Of a stretch of DNA of 62,902 bases, positions 30,562 to 42,100 are shown piece by piece; the stretch's first letter is position 1, and the number at the start of each line of letters is the position of its first letter. The DNA is from a virus (Duplodnaviria; Caudoviricetes). The position numbers were made by a program, and so were the translations under genes. The notes under the pieces are model-generated. The model did not search any database. It was given only the letters and a program-made list of their open reading frames with translations, and was not told the DNA's origin. The DNA is taken from IMG/VR virus record IMGVR_UViG_3300034190_001790, positions 1 to 62,902 of that record; one strand, 5' to 3'.

Positions 30562-32031
30562 TTATTGCTGGAATATAAAGAAGTTATTCGCTCCTAAAGT
30601 ACATACAGCTCTTTCAGATAAGAAGTTTACTGTCATAGCATCAGTCGTGTTTGTTCTTGCACCACCAGCAGAACCAGTAATCCAAGTTTTATAACGTCTG
30701 TCTTCTGTTTCTGAAGCTCTATATCTTACATGAAGGAATGGTCTCTTTGCATTCTTTCCTAAGATTTGGTCATATACAGTAGTTGAACCAGCTGGAACCA
30801 TAAGTCCATTAACTCGCCCACCTTCTATATCACCTCTCATTGTAGGATCATTTAGGTATTTCCAGTCAGACTTGTAGAAGTCATATCCTCTACGGAATCC
30901 TGTGAATCCTAAATTTAAAGCCATCTCTTTGTCATTATCAAAAAGACCATATGAAGTACCACCTGCTCCGTAAGAGTTTTGTGCTGCTAACATATCATCA
31001 ATATCAAATGAGAAATTTCTGTTTACAAAAAGAACATTTTCTTCGATAGAACCTTGTCTGTCTAATCTCTGAATTACAGAATCAAAACCTGCTAAAGTAA
31101 CTGGGTTACCACCACTCCATACGTTTCCTCTGTTTTCAACTGCCCAGAAAATACCATCAGATCCAGATTGGTTTGCTACTGAAAGACCAAGACCTACATT
31201 TTGAATGAAATCTCCTGCTCCAGAAGCTGCATCCGCTGGTACAGTTTCTACCATTGCAGTTTCTAGGTAATCTTCGAAACGTAATCTAGTTTCATGCTCT
31301 GATTTTAAATACCATAAGTATCCGTTTGCTCCATTTTCAGTTGTAACTTCAATCCAACCGATCTGAGCCATATCAGAACCATTAACTGTATACTGATCTT
31401 TAATAATAATAGGCTTGTTGTCAAATATTAAATCTTGAGATTCGTTAGAACCAACCATTCCAGGTGTTCCTTTTGCGAATTCAGATCCATAAATAAACAT
31501 AGAAGCTGTTGTTCCTGCTCCAGCCCACGCTTGTCCAGTAGCCTCATAGTATCCAACTGTGAATACGTTTGGTGCTGCTGCTGTAGGTGCTACAGTAACT
31601 ACTGCTTTATTATATAAAGTCGTTCCATTTGTTTCAAGTGAAATCATAACTGTCTGACCTTGTCTTATTGCTGCAAAACCATTTGCTGGTGCAGATGACG
31701 ATGGTGGAGACGGTGGATTTACTTGTGCTAAAGGAATAGTCCATGTTGCATTAACAGCTCCTGCTGCTGCTGGAGTTGTCATTGCTGTATACTTACTATG
31801 TAATCTTCCTTGTTCTGCCCACTTAATCAAATCTGAATTAGTTGGCATTTCAGCTCCTACCATTCTTAAGAATGATGCAACTGATCTATTTCCATAACGC
31901 TCAAATTCTTTCTCATAAGTATCTGGTAGATACTGACTTAGAAAGTCAAAGTTTGTTATGTAGTTTGTTCTCGTGGCTACTTGCTGTGCACTTGGCTGCA
32001 AGTCAAAGCCAGGGACTGCTTGTACTGACAT
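30562..32031 (-). CDS. major capsid protein
   Basis: 489 aa after portal and scaffold, followed by a terminator; QYLPDTYEKEFERYGNR, KWAEQGRLH, ALNLGFTGFRRGYDFYK. Confidence 0.85.
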   Translation of the reverse strand: MSVQAVPGFDLQPSAQQVATRTNYITNFDFLSQYLPDTYEKEFERYGNRSVASFLRMVGAEMPTNSDLIKWAEQGRLHSKYTAMTTPAAAGAVNATWTIPLAQVNPPSPPSSSAPANGFAAIRQGQTVMISLETNGTTLYNKAVVTVAPTAAAPNVFTVGYYEATGQAWAGAGTTASMFIYGSEFAKGTPGMVGSNESQDLIFDNKPIIIKDQYTVNGSDMAQIGWIEVTTENGANGYLWYLKSEHETRLRFEDYLETAMVETVPADAASGAGDFIQNVGLGLSVANQSGSDGIFWAVENRGNVWSGGNPVTLAGFDSVIQRLDRQGSIEENVLFVNRNFSFDIDDMLAAQNSYGAGGTSYGLFDNDKEMALNLGFTGFRRGYDFYKSDWKYLNDPTMRGDIEGGRVNGLMVPAGSTTVYDQILGKNAKRPFLHVRYRASETEDRRYKTWITGSAGGARTNTTDAMTVNFLSERAVCTLGANNFFIFQQ

Positions 32032-32050
32032 AATTAATTTTTTTTAAAAT

Positions 32051-33184
32051 TTATACTCGTTTTATACTTCTAATTTTGAGTCCTCTTCCACTATCATTAG
32101 ATTTTACTGCTCGTATGGTTCTTCCGTCTTTTGTTACGCTTTGTTGTGCTTGTCTAATATCCATATTAATGTTTTTTGATTTTTTTGAAACATTATCTAC
32201 AGTGTCAGACACACCTTGGTCGTAAAAAAACTTTGCATACTTTTCTGGATTCATTGCCATAGATAAAGCTCTATGGTAACCTGCTGCGTCTTTCATCAAA
32301 CCATCGCTGTCCATATATTTATTTAAAAATGTATTAACATCTGATTGCTTGTTTTTTAATTCAGCCGCATCTCCAGGTTTAAAAGTAAAACTCTTTTCCC
32401 CTACATTGAACTCAAAACCTTTGAACTCATTGCTGAAAACCTCGTCAGTTTTCTTGAGAAAATAATCGTATCTTCTAGCATTAGCCTCTTTTGCAGTATT
32501 AGATTTCTCTATGTAACTTTTATAAGCATTTAAACTTTCTTTGTCTGTGTCAGATAATCCACTCCCACTTGACTCAAGAGGAATTTTATACTTATCTTTC
32601 TGTTCATTGAAATATTTTTTTGCTTTCGCAAGTTCTCTTTTTTTAGCTAAACTTAATTTTTTAATAGTTTTTGGTTCATCTATCTCATCATCATAACCAA
32701 AGTTATCATCAATTAAATCTTGAATATCAACAGCATCTAAACCTTCTTCAGTTGCACTATAATATTCTGCTAATAGTTGATCAGAGTCCATGGCATCAAA
32801 GTCTTTTTGTAATTTATAAAAGTCTTCTATACCACGCCCTGTTTCTTTTTTATACTCCATATATGCAGAAACATCTTCTGGTAATTCTAGGTTTGCATCT
32901 TTTTGTGCAAACAATTCATCAACAGATGATATCTCTTTATCATACCTGTTTTTAATATATTTAAGAACGTCTTCGTCACTTAACTCTGACGATGGAGTTA
33001 TTTTTTCTTCAACAACCTTATCTTCAGTTGCTTGTGGTTCCTCGTTTACAGGAACTTCTACTTTTTCCGTTTCATCAACTTTTTGAACCTCTTCAAACTT
33101 TTCTTCATGCTTTGCTAAAAGCTCTTGTTCAATCTGCTGTCTTGATTTTTCTTCTTTTGTAACTTCTTTTACTTTTATTTCCAT
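32051..33184 (-). CDS. putative capsid scaffolding protein
   Basis: acidic, helical 377 aa between portal and MCP; own -7 box TAACTTTG at 33205-33212. Confidence 0.65.
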   Translation of the reverse strand: MEIKVKEVTKEEKSRQQIEQELLAKHEEKFEEVQKVDETEKVEVPVNEEPQATEDKVVEEKITPSSELSDEDVLKYIKNRYDKEISSVDELFAQKDANLELPEDVSAYMEYKKETGRGIEDFYKLQKDFDAMDSDQLLAEYYSATEEGLDAVDIQDLIDDNFGYDDEIDEPKTIKKLSLAKKRELAKAKKYFNEQKDKYKIPLESSGSGLSDTDKESLNAYKSYIEKSNTAKEANARRYDYFLKKTDEVFSNEFKGFEFNVGEKSFTFKPGDAAELKNKQSDVNTFLNKYMDSDGLMKDAAGYHRALSMAMNPEKYAKFFYDQGVSDTVDNVSKKSKNINMDIRQAQQSVTKDGRTIRAVKSNDSGRGLKIRSIKRV

Positions 33185-33238
33185 TTTATTTAATTTAATT
33201 TATACAAAGTTAATAATAATTATACACCTTTTTTAAGG

Positions 33239-35677
33239 CTATCTTGGGTCAAACTCAGCCATGTCAAAACCATCTAAACTATCCTCATTTGATTCAAAAG
33301 TTATAGGAGGTAAATTGTTTTTTCTCTGAGTAATCATTTGTGATTGTTGAGTAGACTGTTGAGTAATTCTTTTATCTTTAGCCTTTTCTCTATTTTGTTC
33401 TCTAGCGTTAATTGCCATCTCTTCTCTTCCTTTTATTTGCATTTGGAATTGGAATTCAGTCAACATTAATTGTTCTTTTAATGCAGCTTCATTTTTAAGT
33501 TTTTCTATTTCGAAACCAATCTCTGCTTGTTTAACTTGCATTTTAGATTGAGTTTCCATTTGTATTTTTTGCATTTGAATTTGTGCAGCTGCCTGTTGAG
33601 ATTGCATATTGTTTTGTTGTTGCATTTGCATCTCTGTTGCTTTTTGCTGTTGTTCTTGTTGCTGTCTTTGTTTACGTTTTACTTTTAAAAGTTGATTAGC
33701 CATTTTGATATTTTTTATTTCTCTAATATCAATAGCGTCTTCTAAATCAATTCCGCCTTTTGACAAAGCCATTTGTATGTTTTGCTCTAACATTGCCTTT
33801 TGTTCTGCATCTGGAGACATTTCGATAAATATACCAAAGTCGTATAGATATAAATTTTTAATATCATCTAAAAGACCTAAATTATATTTACCAATTTGCA
33901 TTGCAAACTCGTCTGCGAAATCAGAATATTCTAAAACATCAGCCGCCCTGATTGATAAAGCTTCAGCAAGCGTTTGAGTTAAAAACAAACTTCCTTCTAA
34001 AATATGTCGTGTTGCAGTATTAGAATTTAGAGCAGCTAACTTTTGTACACCAACTAATGAATATGCATCTGGAGTTGAGCCATCCCTAGCTTCATTTAGT
34101 CCTGTAACTTGTCTAATCATATCTAAATAATGATTATAATTTCCTATTAACATTTGCATTTTTTGTGAACCACTAGAAGACGTTAATTGTGTAATCGGAA
34201 CTCTTGCCTGATTAAAATCTCCGTCTTGTGTATAGCTTCTTCCAACAACACTACCAGTTTGAAAATATAGTCGCAAAGCGTCAGATGGATCATATGCATT
34301 ACCCGTTCCCAAATCTACCTCGTTCATTCCGTCAGCGTCTATAAATACTCCATCTGGAACAACTTTAGATATTACTTGTTGTAGTTTTAAATGAGTTAAC
34401 TGTATTAAATCAGCAAAAGGAATCATTCTTCTAACTAAAGACTCTATATTTCCTTTATACATTCTTGGTGCAGTAGCAACATAATTAGGCATTGCGTATT
34501 GACTTGCCGATTGTGGTCTTACCATATTCTTAGCAAGCTCCCATTTAAGTATAATGTTTGTTCCCATAACCATAACACCTTCATACCAAACGTCAATTCT
34601 TTTTTCTACTCTTTCAAATTTACCTTCCTCCATCATTTCTTTTGGTGGGTTGAACTGATCGTCTTTAGGAACCGTTGTGTAATTTCCTTCTGAAGTTTGT
34701 TTTTTCTTGTACACAAAACTTTCTGTTGATTTGTAGTTAAAATATAAAAGAGTACAAGTGTCTCTATAGAACATGCTGTTTTCATACATTTGAGCTACAT
34801 TGTAATAGTCATACCATGATTGACTATACTTAGAAATTTCCCTCATATCTTCCTGAGTTAAATCAGGATTTATTTTTAAAACCTCTGTAATAGGAATTGT
34901 TTTAATTTCTCCCCAGTAAAAACAATCTTTAAAATACGGATCTTCTGTGTAACTATAAACGACATTGGCTGGGTCTACATATTTTACTTTTATACCATCG
35001 CCTAACTGAAACTCATGCTTTACCATTGAAATACCTAAAGTCATTAAATCCATATCACATCTTTTACGAGTTTGATCGTAGTGATTTTCTTCAAGCAATG
35101 TGTTTATTGCAATTTCATTAGCCATTTCAACAGCTGGCTTGTAATTCATTTGCATGTAAAGCTCCATTTCCAAATCACTTTCAGGAAGCTCATCAGGGTT
35201 TACCTGAAAAACATCCATTCCAAAGTCTTGTTCTATTTGTTTAAATAATGGTTTTGCAATTACATTCGTTTCAACCATTTGCTGAAACTTACCTCTTTTT
35301 TCTGATGACATTGCATCTTGTGCATATGCCTTCACAGTAAACAGTCTGTCACTCATCCCATTTACAACTATGTCTACAAACTTTGGAATTATCGGAACAG
35401 GTGTCCAGTCTAAGTTTAAATAAGATAAATCGCCATCTACAGCTAATTCATTTTTATATTTTGCAATCGACTGCTCTCCCCTGGCATATAATCTTAATCT
35501 GTTAAACTCTAACCACTGACTGTAAAACCTGCATTGATTAACTCCCTCTTTTCTAAACCATTCATATTGAATAGCCTGCCCTACTTGTAGTCCAAACTCT
35601 TTAGTTTTTTTTTCTGAATCAGGTGCGAATTGATCGGGAAATGATGCTGATTTTATATCAATAGTTACGTTATCCAT
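33239..35677 (-). CDS. portal protein
   Basis: 812 aa directly after TerL; PIIPKFVDIVVNGM, TGLNEARDGS, Gln-rich coiled-coil barrel at the C-terminus. Confidence 0.85.
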   Translation of the reverse strand: MDNVTIDIKSASFPDQFAPDSEKKTKEFGLQVGQAIQYEWFRKEGVNQCRFYSQWLEFNRLRLYARGEQSIAKYKNELAVDGDLSYLNLDWTPVPIIPKFVDIVVNGMSDRLFTVKAYAQDAMSSEKRGKFQQMVETNVIAKPLFKQIEQDFGMDVFQVNPDELPESDLEMELYMQMNYKPAVEMANEIAINTLLEENHYDQTRKRCDMDLMTLGISMVKHEFQLGDGIKVKYVDPANVVYSYTEDPYFKDCFYWGEIKTIPITEVLKINPDLTQEDMREISKYSQSWYDYYNVAQMYENSMFYRDTCTLLYFNYKSTESFVYKKKQTSEGNYTTVPKDDQFNPPKEMMEEGKFERVEKRIDVWYEGVMVMGTNIILKWELAKNMVRPQSASQYAMPNYVATAPRMYKGNIESLVRRMIPFADLIQLTHLKLQQVISKVVPDGVFIDADGMNEVDLGTGNAYDPSDALRLYFQTGSVVGRSYTQDGDFNQARVPITQLTSSSGSQKMQMLIGNYNHYLDMIRQVTGLNEARDGSTPDAYSLVGVQKLAALNSNTATRHILEGSLFLTQTLAEALSIRAADVLEYSDFADEFAMQIGKYNLGLLDDIKNLYLYDFGIFIEMSPDAEQKAMLEQNIQMALSKGGIDLEDAIDIREIKNIKMANQLLKVKRKQRQQQEQQQKATEMQMQQQNNMQSQQAAAQIQMQKIQMETQSKMQVKQAEIGFEIEKLKNEAALKEQLMLTEFQFQMQIKGREEMAINAREQNREKAKDKRITQQSTQQSQMITQRKNNLPPITFESNEDSLDGFDMAEFDPR

Positions 35678-37923
35678 TATCTTATTATTTGACTCAAGGA
35701 ATTCTTGTTGTTATATCGTGCAAAGTTAATACTTATTTTTGATTTTTGTTTAGATGGTGTGTATAAGTGCTTCTGATTAGCCATGATAGCTAAACCTGAG
35801 CTAATAGCAGCATCAAACTTAGTTCTTTTGGTAATATCAAATTTTGCCCAGTCTATTAAAGTTTTCTGAAAAGGCATGTCACCAATAGTTTCTGGGTCTC
35901 TATAATGACCTTCAAAATCAAATCCTATATACTTTTCTATGTAAGATTCAATTGCAGCGGCATGAGATTGTTTTACATCTTCTGAAGTGTTAGGTATACC
36001 ACCTAACTCTCTTTCTGTTTTTGATAATTTGTTAAATCTTTTGTCTGGTCTATTCATACTATAACCTCTATACCCTCTATTTTTAAAATGATACAATAAT
36101 CTAGGTTTGTTATTTTCACACAATATAGGCATTCCATAAAAAACACAAGCCATTAAAACTTCTTCAAAAAATATTTCAGCCGTCTGTGGTCTGGCTATGT
36201 ATTCTAAAAAAAATGTATTAGAAGGAGCGTCGTCCATATTAAACTTTGTTAATCCATGTAAAGCCCCATTAGAACCTTTACCAACAACTACTCCAGAAAT
36301 ATCATAAGAGTCACAACCAAAAGACCCTAGATGTTCGTTAGCAGGATACTTAATTCCATTACGAACAATTACTCTATTTTGTAAACCGACTCCTGGAGTC
36401 CAAGATACTAAAAATCTACCACTTTTATTTGGGCTAAAAATTACCTTAGTATCCTTTACACCATCCTGCCAAGAAAAAGATCCTCGAGTTATATGCTGCC
36501 CTAACATCAACGAGTCATTATAATCAATTTGTTGGTAAATTTTTGTTAAATTAAACAATGACTGTTTAGACTCATCCCTAAAAGCATGAGACTCTGTTCG
36601 TGGAAATTGTCTGTAAAATTCATTTAATGCATCAGGGTCGTTAGCTAAAGAAGAAACTTCGTTTTCCCAATAATCAATAGCACCAGTTGTTATGTCTTCT
36701 CCGTCAATTCCAATAACAGGAGTTTCAGGAGTATGTAAAACAGGCATACCATATTTATCTATATACCCCTCAAAATTCCATTCCATTGGAATAAATAAAT
36801 TATATAATCCTGATTTTGTTTGTCCGTTTTGATTTCTTTTACCTCCATCAGAATCTTCAAAAAGTTTTTTAAAATTTTCTCCACCCTTATCTAATGCGTT
36901 AGACGTCGATCCCATCATACATTTACCAATAATTTTGCTACCAAGTCTTAAACAAGTTTTCGTTACCCTCCAGTTGTTTAATATATTTTCTGGCCTTTCC
37001 CACTTACCACTTTCATCATGTAACAAATATTGTAACTTCTCTCCATCATAAGAGTTATCTGAAGTATTTTTCCAATCTATAGTTGTATCTAATCCGTCAA
37101 GCTCCTCAACACCAACGTCATACATATTTTTTTTAGTAATCTTAGATGCAGGAACTCGATAAGCTAATTCTGTTTTTGGCTTATCCATACCATCTTGGAT
37201 GGGTTTGAAAAAAAATGGATAATTGTTTGAGATAGGAACTACTTTATCAGTAAACATTTTTTTAGCATCAGCTCCTGTTTTAGACAATATACCTATACGA
37301 GCATCTCTTGTTATTGTAGCTTGATTTACTCCCTCAGAAGAACTCATAAATGAAAACCCTGAACGTCTTATTTTTAAGTAACACATTCCAAAGCTTCTTT
37401 TATCAGCTTTACATGCCTCCCAGAATAAATAAAAAATTCTATTTGCTTCTCTAAAATCTGGATTACCTACATCTATCTTAGTCCACTGTAAATACATATA
37501 ATGCGTTCCTGTAATGTAAGTAGGAACTCCGTTGTTTTTAAACCAATGCCCTTGCTCTCTTTTATCAAATTCGCTTTCTATATAATCAACCCATTCTGAT
37601 TTGAAATGCGGTGGAGCTTCATGCCATTGAAAAATAGTCTGTATTCTTTTTAATATTTTAGGTATTGGAGTTACCTCCCAAGTTTGATCTTCTTTTTTTT
37701 CTTTATCATTAATAAATTTTACAGGAGCCTTAGGTAATCCTATTTTAATATTACTTACTTCATAAACCTCACCAAGAGTTCCATCTTTCGAAATAATAAT
37801 TACATCGTATTTTTCATTATATCCATACAACCATGTTTTTGCTCTATTTTTATTAGCAAGAACAGATTTAGGAATATAGTTTTTTAATACCCTATAAATA
37901 CTATTTTGATCTTGATTCTGCAA
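35677..37923 (-). CDS. terL: terminase large subunit
   Basis: Walker A variant LKIRRSGFS, Walker B LLHDESGK, coupling motif GST, nuclease FGCDSYD, CENN, FDAAIS. Confidence 0.9.
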   Translation of the reverse strand: MQNQDQNSIYRVLKNYIPKSVLANKNRAKTWLYGYNEKYDVIIISKDGTLGEVYEVSNIKIGLPKAPVKFINDKEKKEDQTWEVTPIPKILKRIQTIFQWHEAPPHFKSEWVDYIESEFDKREQGHWFKNNGVPTYITGTHYMYLQWTKIDVGNPDFREANRIFYLFWEACKADKRSFGMCYLKIRRSGFSFMSSSEGVNQATITRDARIGILSKTGADAKKMFTDKVVPISNNYPFFFKPIQDGMDKPKTELAYRVPASKITKKNMYDVGVEELDGLDTTIDWKNTSDNSYDGEKLQYLLHDESGKWERPENILNNWRVTKTCLRLGSKIIGKCMMGSTSNALDKGGENFKKLFEDSDGGKRNQNGQTKSGLYNLFIPMEWNFEGYIDKYGMPVLHTPETPVIGIDGEDITTGAIDYWENEVSSLANDPDALNEFYRQFPRTESHAFRDESKQSLFNLTKIYQQIDYNDSLMLGQHITRGSFSWQDGVKDTKVIFSPNKSGRFLVSWTPGVGLQNRVIVRNGIKYPANEHLGSFGCDSYDISGVVVGKGSNGALHGLTKFNMDDAPSNTFFLEYIARPQTAEIFFEEVLMACVFYGMPILCENNKPRLLYHFKNRGYRGYSMNRPDKRFNKLSKTERELGGIPNTSEDVKQSHAAAIESYIEKYIGFDFEGHYRDPETIGDMPFQKTLIDWAKFDITKRTKFDAAISSGLAIMANQKHLYTPSKQKSKISINFARYNNKNSLSQIIR

Positions 37924-38176
37924 ATCCTTTAGGTGTTGTGTTTTTTGTTTCTGTTGTTATTCCTTCCAGTAAGTTTCTTTCTTCTTCAATTTTTTTAACT
38001 ATTTCAAATGCATCCATAATACAAAGTTTTTTAGTAGCAGCTGCATTTTTTAATCTATCAGCAGCTAATTCGTCCTCTGCATCAAACTTAATAATATCTT
38101 CTTTAGCCACCTTAACTAATTGTTTTACAGCTTTTTCTCCAGCTTCTATTATTTGCCACTTTAATTCTTTATTCAT
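37901..38176 (-). CDS. putative terminase small subunit
   Basis: 91-aa all-helical protein overlapping the TerL start; positional inference only. Confidence 0.45.
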   Translation of the reverse strand: MNKELKWQIIEAGEKAVKQLVKVAKEDIIKFDAEDELAADRLKNAAATKKLCIMDAFEIVKKIEEERNLLEGITTETKNTTPKGFAESRSK

Positions 38177-38738
38177 TTAATATAGTTGTTAAATTATTAG
38201 TAAACATTCGATAAAGTAATTCGCCGTCTACAGTAAATTCATATTCGCTTTCAGGCTGATATATAACAACATCTCCAACTGAAAAACCTAAAGATATTAA
38301 TTCTTCGTTAATATATTTTATCGTTCCTTGCAGCCTTTCATATTTAGCACCTTTTTCTAAAAATGCTTTTTTTGCTAATAAAGGTTTTACAAAACAATAC
38401 TTGCCATGAGCCTTCCAACCATCTTTATTTTTAAATAAAAAAAACTGATCATGCTCTACAAAAAACAAATTGTCTTTAAAAAAACTTCTTCCGCTTTTAC
38501 GTCTACCATACATATCATTATAAAACTTAAATACATTGTGATGAACCAAAAGTATATCTCCTATTTGTACCTCACCCTTATAATTTAATGGTAATTGTTT
38601 TACTATTCCAAATCGATTAGATGCTTTATGGTCTTCTTCAGACACGCTTGTTATAAACTGTGTGTCACCAATTTCTTTTATATTATCATATCTCCTGTTG
38701 TTAACAGGCTCTACAATAAACGAGCCGACAGACCTCAT
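38169..38738 (-). CDS. tandem (two-domain) GroES-like co-chaperonin-fold protein
   Basis: two repeats of the GroES pattern: FIVEP...GIV...VQIGDILLV and CFVKP...GTI...FSVGDVVIY...FTVDGELLYRM. Confidence 0.6.
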   Translation of the reverse strand: MRSVGSFIVEPVNNRRYDNIKEIGDTQFITSVSEEDHKASNRFGIVKQLPLNYKGEVQIGDILLVHHNVFKFYNDMYGRRKSGRSFFKDNLFFVEHDQFFLFKNKDGWKAHGKYCFVKPLLAKKAFLEKGAKYERLQGTIKYINEELISLGFSVGDVVIYQPESEYEFTVDGELLYRMFTNNLTTILNE

Positions 38739-38962
38739 TAAAAGTTTATGTTATATTCTAAAGTTATAGGTAAGGTATACAAAAACTCTTTCCATATTAA
38801 AACCTCTTCATCTTTTATAACCCAAAGTTTATATGACTGTGTTTCTTCGCTAGCTTGTATTAAGTGTATTTTATAGTCACCACCTAATACTGGTTGGTTT
38901 ACTATATAGTGCATGGATCCTGATTTGTAATCAGAACCAACTGAAATTTTTCTGATATCCAT
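38738..38962 (-). CDS. hypothetical protein
   Basis: 74 aa, TAATG-coupled to the GroES-like gene. Confidence 0.75.
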   Translation of the reverse strand: MDIRKISVGSDYKSGSMHYIVNQPVLGGDYKIHLIQASEETQSYKLWVIKDEEVLIWKEFLYTLPITLEYNINF

Positions 38963-38968
38963 TTTATT

Positions 38969-39103
38969 TTATTTTTTATCTTCTACTAAACCTTTATTAA
39001 TCTCGGCTGTTATCTGTTCAACAATAGCTAGAGTGCTTATTGGAAGTGATTGTAATAGTCGGTTAATATTTTTAATAGATTCGTCATTTAATTCTACTCT
39101 CAT
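38969..39103 (-). CDS. small hypothetical protein (44 aa, not in ORF track; possible fibre chaperone)
   Basis: MRVELNDESIKNINRLLQSLPISTLAIVEQITAEINKGLVEDKK fills the gap downstream of the fibre gene. Confidence 0.6.
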   Translation of the reverse strand: MRVELNDESIKNINRLLQSLPISTLAIVEQITAEINKGLVEDKK

Positions 39104-39112
39104 TTAATTTAA

Positions 39113-42100
39113 TTAGGTTGCTAATAATATATTATAGTCTACGCCATTAATTCTTACTGGCCATTTGTGAGTTGATGCAGTTGCAACTGATGATGCAACA
39201 ACTCCTAAGTTTTGTGTATTTGATCCAAAAGCTATTGTGTTTGCAGAAGTAGTTGCCGCACTTGTTCCTATTGCGACTGAGTTGGCAAATGTTGCTTGAG
39301 CCCCAAACCCTATTGCTATTGCGTTATCAACACCTGCTCCTGAAGATGCGTCTGAATTTTTACCAATAGCTATTGAGTTTTCTCCCTGTGCTATTGCTGA
39401 TGTTCCTATTGCTATTGTACCTCCTTCTATTACAGAACCATTTGTTCCTGCTGCTAAAACTCCAATAGCAATATTACCTTCTCCAGATCTAGTAATACTT
39501 GAATAATCCGCACCAGAACCCTCTGATTCATATCCTATTGCTATTCCTTTAGTTGATGTGTTGTATGTTTCTGTTTCAACAGTCTGGCTACCTACAGATG
39601 CAGCATATCCTATAGCTACTTGACCTTCTCTTGCACTAGCTCCCCCATTACCCATTGAATTATATCCTATACAAACATGATATGCACTATTACCACTTGA
39701 TCTGAAATTACCATAACCTTTAGCCGCTAATGGGCCTATGTAGACACCATTTCCTTCATTTGATCCAGTTGCAGTTGAAGCCTTAAGAGATTTAGCTCTA
39801 TCACCTATAATAACGTCACCTAAATTGTGCTCGTGCTTATGAGTAGCGTCTCCTACCATTGCAAAACTACCTATTACAACTCTAAGTTGGCTAGTGCTGT
39901 TAGTAGGAAGTCCTGTGTTATTACTTGCATACCTACCTGCGTTACTACCAATAAAAATATCTCCAACTGGTATTGCATCTTTTGCTGCTAAACCACCTAT
40001 AATTATATTACCAGTACCTCCAGCAGAAGTAGAAAGAGTGTCTTTACCAATAGCTATATTATTATTCCCTGTATCGTTTGATAAATTCGCATTTTCACCT
40101 ATCGCTATATTATGCTCTCCTGTAGTTAGTGACTGATTAGTAGCACCACCTATTCCTATGTTATTAAGACAAGCAGCGTTAGAATAATCCCAACCAGACC
40201 CATATGCACCTATTTTTATATTTGTATCATTTGCCCTTGTAATTAATCCTAAATCCTCTGCTGTATTATCTAAAAGTGTTATTCCATTAATAGGTGTTAT
40301 TGCTAAAGCACTTGTGCCTACTGAAAGAAAAGATCCAGTAAAAGTGCTTGAAGCTCCTGTTGAAACTACCTCGTTTATAGTGCTAGAATACATTGTTAGC
40401 TCATCCTCAAAACGTCCAATGCTTTTTATTTCATAATTAGTAGATGAGCTTACATCTGTTCCTGATAACCCTCTCCATGTAGTAGTTGTTACTGTTCCTG
40501 TAGCTCCGACTGAAGCAACAGTACATTGAGCTGTAGTAGCACCAAAGTTTACTCCAAAAATATCACCTATAGTCCAATCTTTTCCACCTCCATAAATTTG
40601 TACTCCAGTAATTCCTCCTGTACCATTTACTGATGTTACCCTTACAACCACACCAGTAGCGGTTCCAATAACAGAAGAGATTTTAGTTGTTGGATAATAA
40701 GTATTAGCAACATATCCTGTACCAGCCGCAGTTATACTTGCGGTTAATACTGCTTTAGTACCAACTGTTGAATTTGCATTACCATCTAATGTGATGTTAC
40801 CAGCAAATGAATTTACTTGAAGAACACCTGTATTACCAATAGTTATTGTTCTAGTTCCAGGAGTGCTTACTGTGCTAATTCCACTTCCTCCAGCTATTGT
40901 TACTGTTTCTCCGTCTGATACTGTACCTGCACCTCCAGTATCTCCATTAATATTCCAAGATGTCATGTTACCTCCTGCTGCTTGATTAACCCACTCCATA
41001 TATCCTCCGTTAGCACTATTAAAAGCAAGAACCTGTCCTGCTGTAGCAACTGAAGGAGATGCTGTTGTTCCAAGTACAAAAGAATTATTTGTTGTTCCGT
41101 TTGAGTTTTGTATAGTTAGAGCTTTATCTAATAATGTACCGCCTTTTGTAGCTACTACCTGAATAGTTGGCGTTTCTGTTGATAAAGTTATTGTTGTTCC
41201 GCTTACAGCCGATGTTGTTCTTAAATATGTACCATTGGCCGCTTGTTCAGCAAAAGTAAATGTACCAGAAGAAGTAATCGCTGTACCTGCCGAACCTGTT
41301 GAATCGGTTAAGCTAATACTTTGTACTGTACCCGTACCTGAACCAGTAAAACTTAATTCAATATTATTGCTACCTGCATTAGAAAACACAGCTCCTCCGC
41401 TTCCTTGTAAGGTAAATGAGCTAGAACGAGCACCATCTGAATTAGTTACAGTAATAAGATTTCCTACATTAGATACGGCTAAATCCCAGTCATTACCAGA
41501 AGGTGATGAAAACTTACCCGTCTGGTCATAATATGTTCCGCTAGCTATAGTATCAACTTCTATAATTAAATTATTATCTGATCCTGTTTGATTTACCCTA
41601 AACTTATCTCCTGACGCATATCCTGATCCTCCAGAAACAAATGATAAATCAGATAAAACAACATTACCTCCTGATGTTGAATTTATAGTTACTATAATAC
41701 CCGAACCACTTCCTACAGTTGCTGTTGTGGTTAGACCCTGCTGAACAGTATAATTTGTTCCCGTAATATCATCATCATAAAACGCTTGTGTTAATCCTCC
41801 TGGGCCTGTGGCTACAGAACCTGTGGTAATTAAAGCTGCATTTACTGATGGTGTAGATGGTGTAGAATTGTCAACTGACATATCTACATATGTAGTATCT
41901 GTAACATTAACTTGAGTTACTGTTCCTGTACCTGCGGCAGCCCATGTAGGCGGCCCTGATGGCCCTCCTGAAACTAATACTTGCCCTAAAGTTCCTTTAT
42001 CAGAGTTTAGTTCTATAAAAGATGTAGATGCTATTTGTAAACTTCCTTGTGCAATACTTACATTACCTGTTAATACAATATTTTGTGTTGCCGAGTTACC

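Noticed and set aside
33540-33680. Gln-rich low-complexity tract in the portal gene as a repeat element
   Set aside because: Ordinary coiled-coil barrel region of podovirus portals
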